Notes under the pieces: generated by a model
Seen by the model: only the letters and a program-made list of their open reading frames with translations
What the model was told of the DNA's origin: nothing
Database searches by the model: none
Part shown: one piece after another, positions 59,638 through 64,000 of the stretch
How the letters are laid out: each line of letters begins with the position of its first letter
Position numbering within the stretch: position 1 is the stretch's first letter
Assembly (NCBI GenBank): GCA_964016885.1
Contig: OZ024741.1
Span: 86,924,001 to 86,988,000, forward strand
DNA: 64,000 nt
Reading direction: 5' to 3'
Source of the DNA: Eledone cirrhosa
Taxonomy: Eukaryota
Position numbers and translations under genes: made by a program

Positions 59638-59861
59638 ATACCTTCCTGCCAGATGGTTAAACGTCTGAAAGTATATACTTTCCTTATGCATATTAACGGC
59701 TGAGCAGCCTAATTTGCATATCGAGTGAGTTAATCGGCCGGGGTACCGAAAACGATAAACGGAAAAAATGAAACGAAATTTCATTTCTCACTCTTAGTAC
59801 GGCTGTTACTTAAATATAAGTATGTATACGTACATACATATATGTATACAGACGTACAGTA

Positions 59862-59910
<49 letters not shown>

Positions 59911-60053
59911 CATGCACACACATATATATATGTACGTATGGATTCACCGAACATTTATTATAATGCTCGGTGTGTTTGTAAACAAACATCCCGAATTAAG
60001 CCGTACAGTGTCTAGCAACCATCGTTGCTCATTTGTTCAACACTGACAAAGGA

Positions 60054-60096
60054 ACGCTGTACTAGTTTCAAGCTGATTAGCTATCGTCAGCAACGT
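60054..60096 (-). ncRNA. Minimal type I hammerhead ribozyme
   Basis: Same as 59595-59637 with one change confined to loop II. Confidence 0.85.
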
Positions 60097-61149
60097 ATAC
60101 CTTCCTGCCAGATGGTTGAACGTATATGCTTACCTTATGCATATTAACGGCTGAGTAGCCCAATTTGCATATCGAGTGGGTTAATCGGCCGGGTGCACCG
60201 AAAACGATAAACGGAAAAAATGAAACGAAATTTCATTTCCCACTCTTAGTACGGCTGTTACTTAAATATAAGTATGTATACGTACATACATATATATATA
60301 TATGCACACACATATATATATGTACGTATGGATTCACCGAACATTTATTATAATTAAGCCGTACAGTGTCTAGCAACCATCGTTGCTCATTTGTTCAACA
60401 CTGACAAAGGAACGCTGTACTAGTTTCGTACAGTGTCTAGCAACCATCGTTGGTCATTTGTTCAACATTGACAACGATGGTTGCTAGACACTGTACGACT
60501 TAATTCGGGATGATTGTTTACAAACACACCGAGCATTATGATAAATGTTCGGTGAATCCATACGTACATATATATATATGTGTGCATGTATGTATAGCTG
60601 TCGTTTCGACAGCTAGATCCGAACTCTCTCCCTATATAATATATTAATTAAACGGTAATTAGTCTCTAATACTAAAATAATTCAATGAGAGAAATCTTCC
60701 AGAGAAGCAATATCATATATTAAAATTAAGTGAGGAAAAAACTCTAATTGCCTCGCTTATATATAGATCTCTCTACCATGGTTTCATATGGGGAAGAATT
60801 ATTATTGGAACCACCAATATTTGAAGAATCCGCCATACTCTTCATGGCAGTTTCATTCTTCAAAATCTAAGAGAAATTGAACAAGATATAATACATACTA
60901 TTTCCTTTGTCGAAGCAGCATGGTGAAATGATAACATACGTAGAGTTTCGTTATCAAAATCTCCTATGATATTAGGACACCTTGACATGCTTATAATGTC
61001 GCTAGAAATAGCAGCCAATAGACTGTCTGGTTCAACTCGACAAATTAGGGAGCAGTTCAATATCAATTAAAGGTTAATTAGTCTCTAATAGTTAAACATC
61101 TCAATGAGAGAAATCTCACAGAGAAGCGATATTATATATTAAAATATGA

Positions 61150-61930
61150 TGTGGAAGGTTTTGAAAAAGTAAGGGATCAACGGATAGCTTTTGTTGCCTT
61201 AAAATCCCTTCACGAATGCCTTAGTACTTGTGTTTGCATAAGTGATGCTAAGTTAAACACATTCAATGTAGATTTCGGACTCCGCCAAAGGTGCGTATTA
61301 TAACTTCTGTTCATTATCTTAATGAACAGGATTGACATGCGCAGACCCGTTAGAAATGGTATTAAATTAGGTGGGCGTAAGACCCGCAATATTTGCAAAA
61401 GAAATATAACTACTTAACTCATCGCAAGGTAATCTCCGACATGCGCTGGATACGTTTGCTGCTGAGATTTCTACTGAAGGAATGGAAATCAGAGCTGCGA
61501 AGACTAAGAGACTCTTCTTTTCAAGGAAGCTTGCAGAGTGCACTATGCATCTGAGTGGTATTCTTCTGAAGCAGGTAGATAATATCAAGTATCTCAGAGC
61601 TGTTCTCACGATTGATGGAAGCCAGGAGGCTGAACAAATGCAATAATTGCTAGAGCTGGTGCAATAAATACTCCAGCTTCAGTTCTCGGTTATCAGAAGA
61701 AGGGATGTAGGTGTACAAGCCAAACTCACTATCTTCAGTTCTGTTTTGTGCCTATCTTTACCTATGATCATGAATCTTAGGTAATGACCGAAAGAATACG
61801 ATCGCGGATACAAGTGGCCAAAATGGGGTTCCTCCGAAGGATTACTCGATAGGGTGCATACCTCGGAAATCCGTGAGTTGCTCCAGGTAGAGCTGTTACT
61901 TCTCAGAATTGAGAGACCACAGCTCCAGTA
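61150..61930 (+). pseudogene. RTE-clade LINE reverse transcriptase relic
   Basis: FNVDFGLRQRCVL*LLFIILMNRID; LKQVDNIKYL; VMTERIRSRIQVAKMGFLRR; SEIRELLQVELLLLRIERPQLQ. Confidence 0.85.
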
Positions 61931-62499
61931 CACTGTCCAGGAAAAAGTGGACAGAAGAAGAAGAAGAAGAAGAAGAAGAAGAAGAAGAAGAAGAAGAAGA
62001 AGAAGAAGAAGAAGAAGAAGAAGAAGAAGAAGAAGAAGAAGAAGAAGAAGAAGAATATAACATACGATTCACCAAACCGTAGACATTTACAGATAATAAA
62101 TACACAATTATACACATGCAATATACGATGCCTATCTAATGTATGTATAACAAACACATGATGTATGCATAACAAATACATGAATGCGTACTGAACCATA
62201 ATACGTCATATCTGTTTGTATATTTATTAATATACATATATCTGCCTGTAACTCTTTAAAATCTACACAAAAAAACCTACAAGCATACATACAAGACATT
62301 TCCTATCTCAGTCATGTTATAGTACGAAGTTCGCTTTCCTTGCTGAACATTTATGTAATTACTAGGATTTCTTTTCAACACGCTGCATATGCAAACATTT
62401 ATATGTATGAATATATAAATACAAACGCGCAATCACAGACACACTCACAGATATACATTCAAACAACGCAATAGTCTACTCGTGAAATGAACGTGTAGG

Positions 62500-62725
62500 T
62501 GGCCAAGCACGCCACAAACGCGTGTATCTTTAACGTAGCTCTCAGAGAGATCCAACATGGCCTTGTGTGTGACACTGCTCGCTCTTTGAATTACAGGTAC
62601 AGCACATTTTTGACAGATGAGAGGACAAGAACAGCTTGAAATAAGGAAACAACATGCTACCGGGAATCCAACTTACGACAGTAAGTTCGAAAGCTGAACG
62701 CCCTAACTACCAAGCCACTCGCTTT
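62500..62725 (-). mobile_element. Degraded SINE of a second family
   Basis: Minus strand begins gcgagtggcttggtagttagggcgttc (A-box-like) followed by B-box-like gttggattccc. Confidence 0.5.
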
Positions 62726-63035
62726 CAAAGAATTAAATAGCACACATACATAATCTATAGTTATTTTAATCAGTTTATTTAAACCTAATTAAGTAAAAAT
62801 ATTTGAAAAATTTTGGCTCTTATACGAAATCTGTGAAACAATCAATGGAACTTTTGGCAAAAATAATTTCCGGTAAAATATTATTCTGATTCCAAATGAA
62901 CTCGAAAGAATTCAATTTAGTGTATTGAATAATAATAAATATCGATTCCAGAGAAATAAAGGTAACATATTTAACATACATCTTTGTACACATAAACTAC
63001 GTATACATATATTTGTATATATATACATACATACA

Positions 63036-63237
<202 letters not shown>

Positions 63238-63546
63238 GTATGTATATAGACATAATATATATTCATACATTTCATAACCGGTAAGACATATACTCGTTAT
63301 GAAATAAACGGGGATTAATAGAATACAAGACAAACAACTTCACACACGCACATACATACACAGGTATCTGTTTATTTGTATGTTTAAATATATATATATG
63401 TATATATGTTTATGTATATATTCCGAATGAAACAGTTCTAGTCCTGTAGAAGCTATTTCTATATTAAATTACTTTTACTCTGCTATGTATTGAGTACCTT
63501 ACTTACTGTGGTTATCCCCGATTTAACCGGGGATCTACATATATAT

Positions 63547-63957
63547 ATATAATAAACAAATAAGACGGTTGTTTAGTCCATCCCTATTTATTTTATTATA
63601 CGTATTTCAAAGACGTATGGTACGATAGATATGCATCGTATATTACATGTGTATAATTGTGTATTTATGAGTAAGATATAACATCAGTCAAACATGTTCT
63701 CATCAGATAAAATTCACAGGAGTTGTAAATATCCTTTGATATGCTAGCGGTCAGACCAGTTATTCACTTCAGCTGGCCGGTCACTGAAGTGAATAACTGA
63801 CCGCTAGCATATCAAAGGATATTTACATCTCCTGTGAATTTTATCTGATGAGAACATGTTTGACTGATGTTATACATAAACCATAGATCTTTGAAATACG
63901 TATAATAAAATAAATAGGGATGGACTAAAGTAACTGTCTTATTTGTTTATTATTATA
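63547..63957. repeat. Fold-back inverted repeat centred at ~63775
   Basis: 63677-63770 is inverted at 63784-63874; 63547-63620 is inverted at 63880-63957. Confidence 0.9.
63838..63911 (+). ncRNA. Type I hammerhead motif (longer mirror copy 63590-63713, minus strand)
   Basis: attttat CTGATGA gaac...cttt GAAA tacgta TA ataaaat; stem III ATACGTAT is palindromic; stem II pairs poorly. Confidence 0.6.
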
Positions 63958-64000
63958 ATAAAACTCCGAATAAACATAAACCGTTGAGTTCTTGACATCT

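Larger units (their letters stand above)
59330..60597 (-). mobile_element. Retrozyme-like tandem array (~2.5 units, 459 bp HHR spacing) ending in an inverted segment
   Basis: ggaaaaaatgaaacgaaatttcattt at ~59332, ~59761 and ~60213; inversion from ~60470. Confidence 0.88.

Noticed and set aside
59330-60430. CRISPR-like interpretation of the tandem arrays
   Set aside because: Units are ~450 bp and repeated throughout, with no unique spacers or cas genes, in eukaryotic DNA

Overview
Very AT-rich, microsatellite-saturated animal DNA with no recognisable host gene. The SINE types and (TA)n/(CA)n/(GA)n load suggest an octopus-like cephalopod (inference). Nearly all listed ORFs are microsatellite noise. 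The real content is a nest of Penelope-like retroelements (PLEs; RT plus GIY-YIG, all disrupted) from several families. It also holds tRNA-derived SINEs, LINE fragments (RTE, CRE-like), a mariner relic, two MITEs and a solo LTR. About 9.9 kb is duplicated almost perfectly across a 200-N gap, probably an assembly artefact. The main signal is non-coding: I can read more than 20 type I hammerhead-ribozyme (HHR) motifs on both strands, in about a dozen unrelated repeat families. Most have palindromic stem III, and several carry the compensatory U3-A8 core (TTGANAA). One ~450-510 bp non-coding family recurs at four loci as tandem arrays, typically with one HHR per complete unit, and its stems covary between subfamilies, as expected for a retrozyme or non-autonomous PLE system. 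Many insertions are fold-back inverted repeats sitting in (TA)n tracts. All structures were read by eye and no folding or database search was run.
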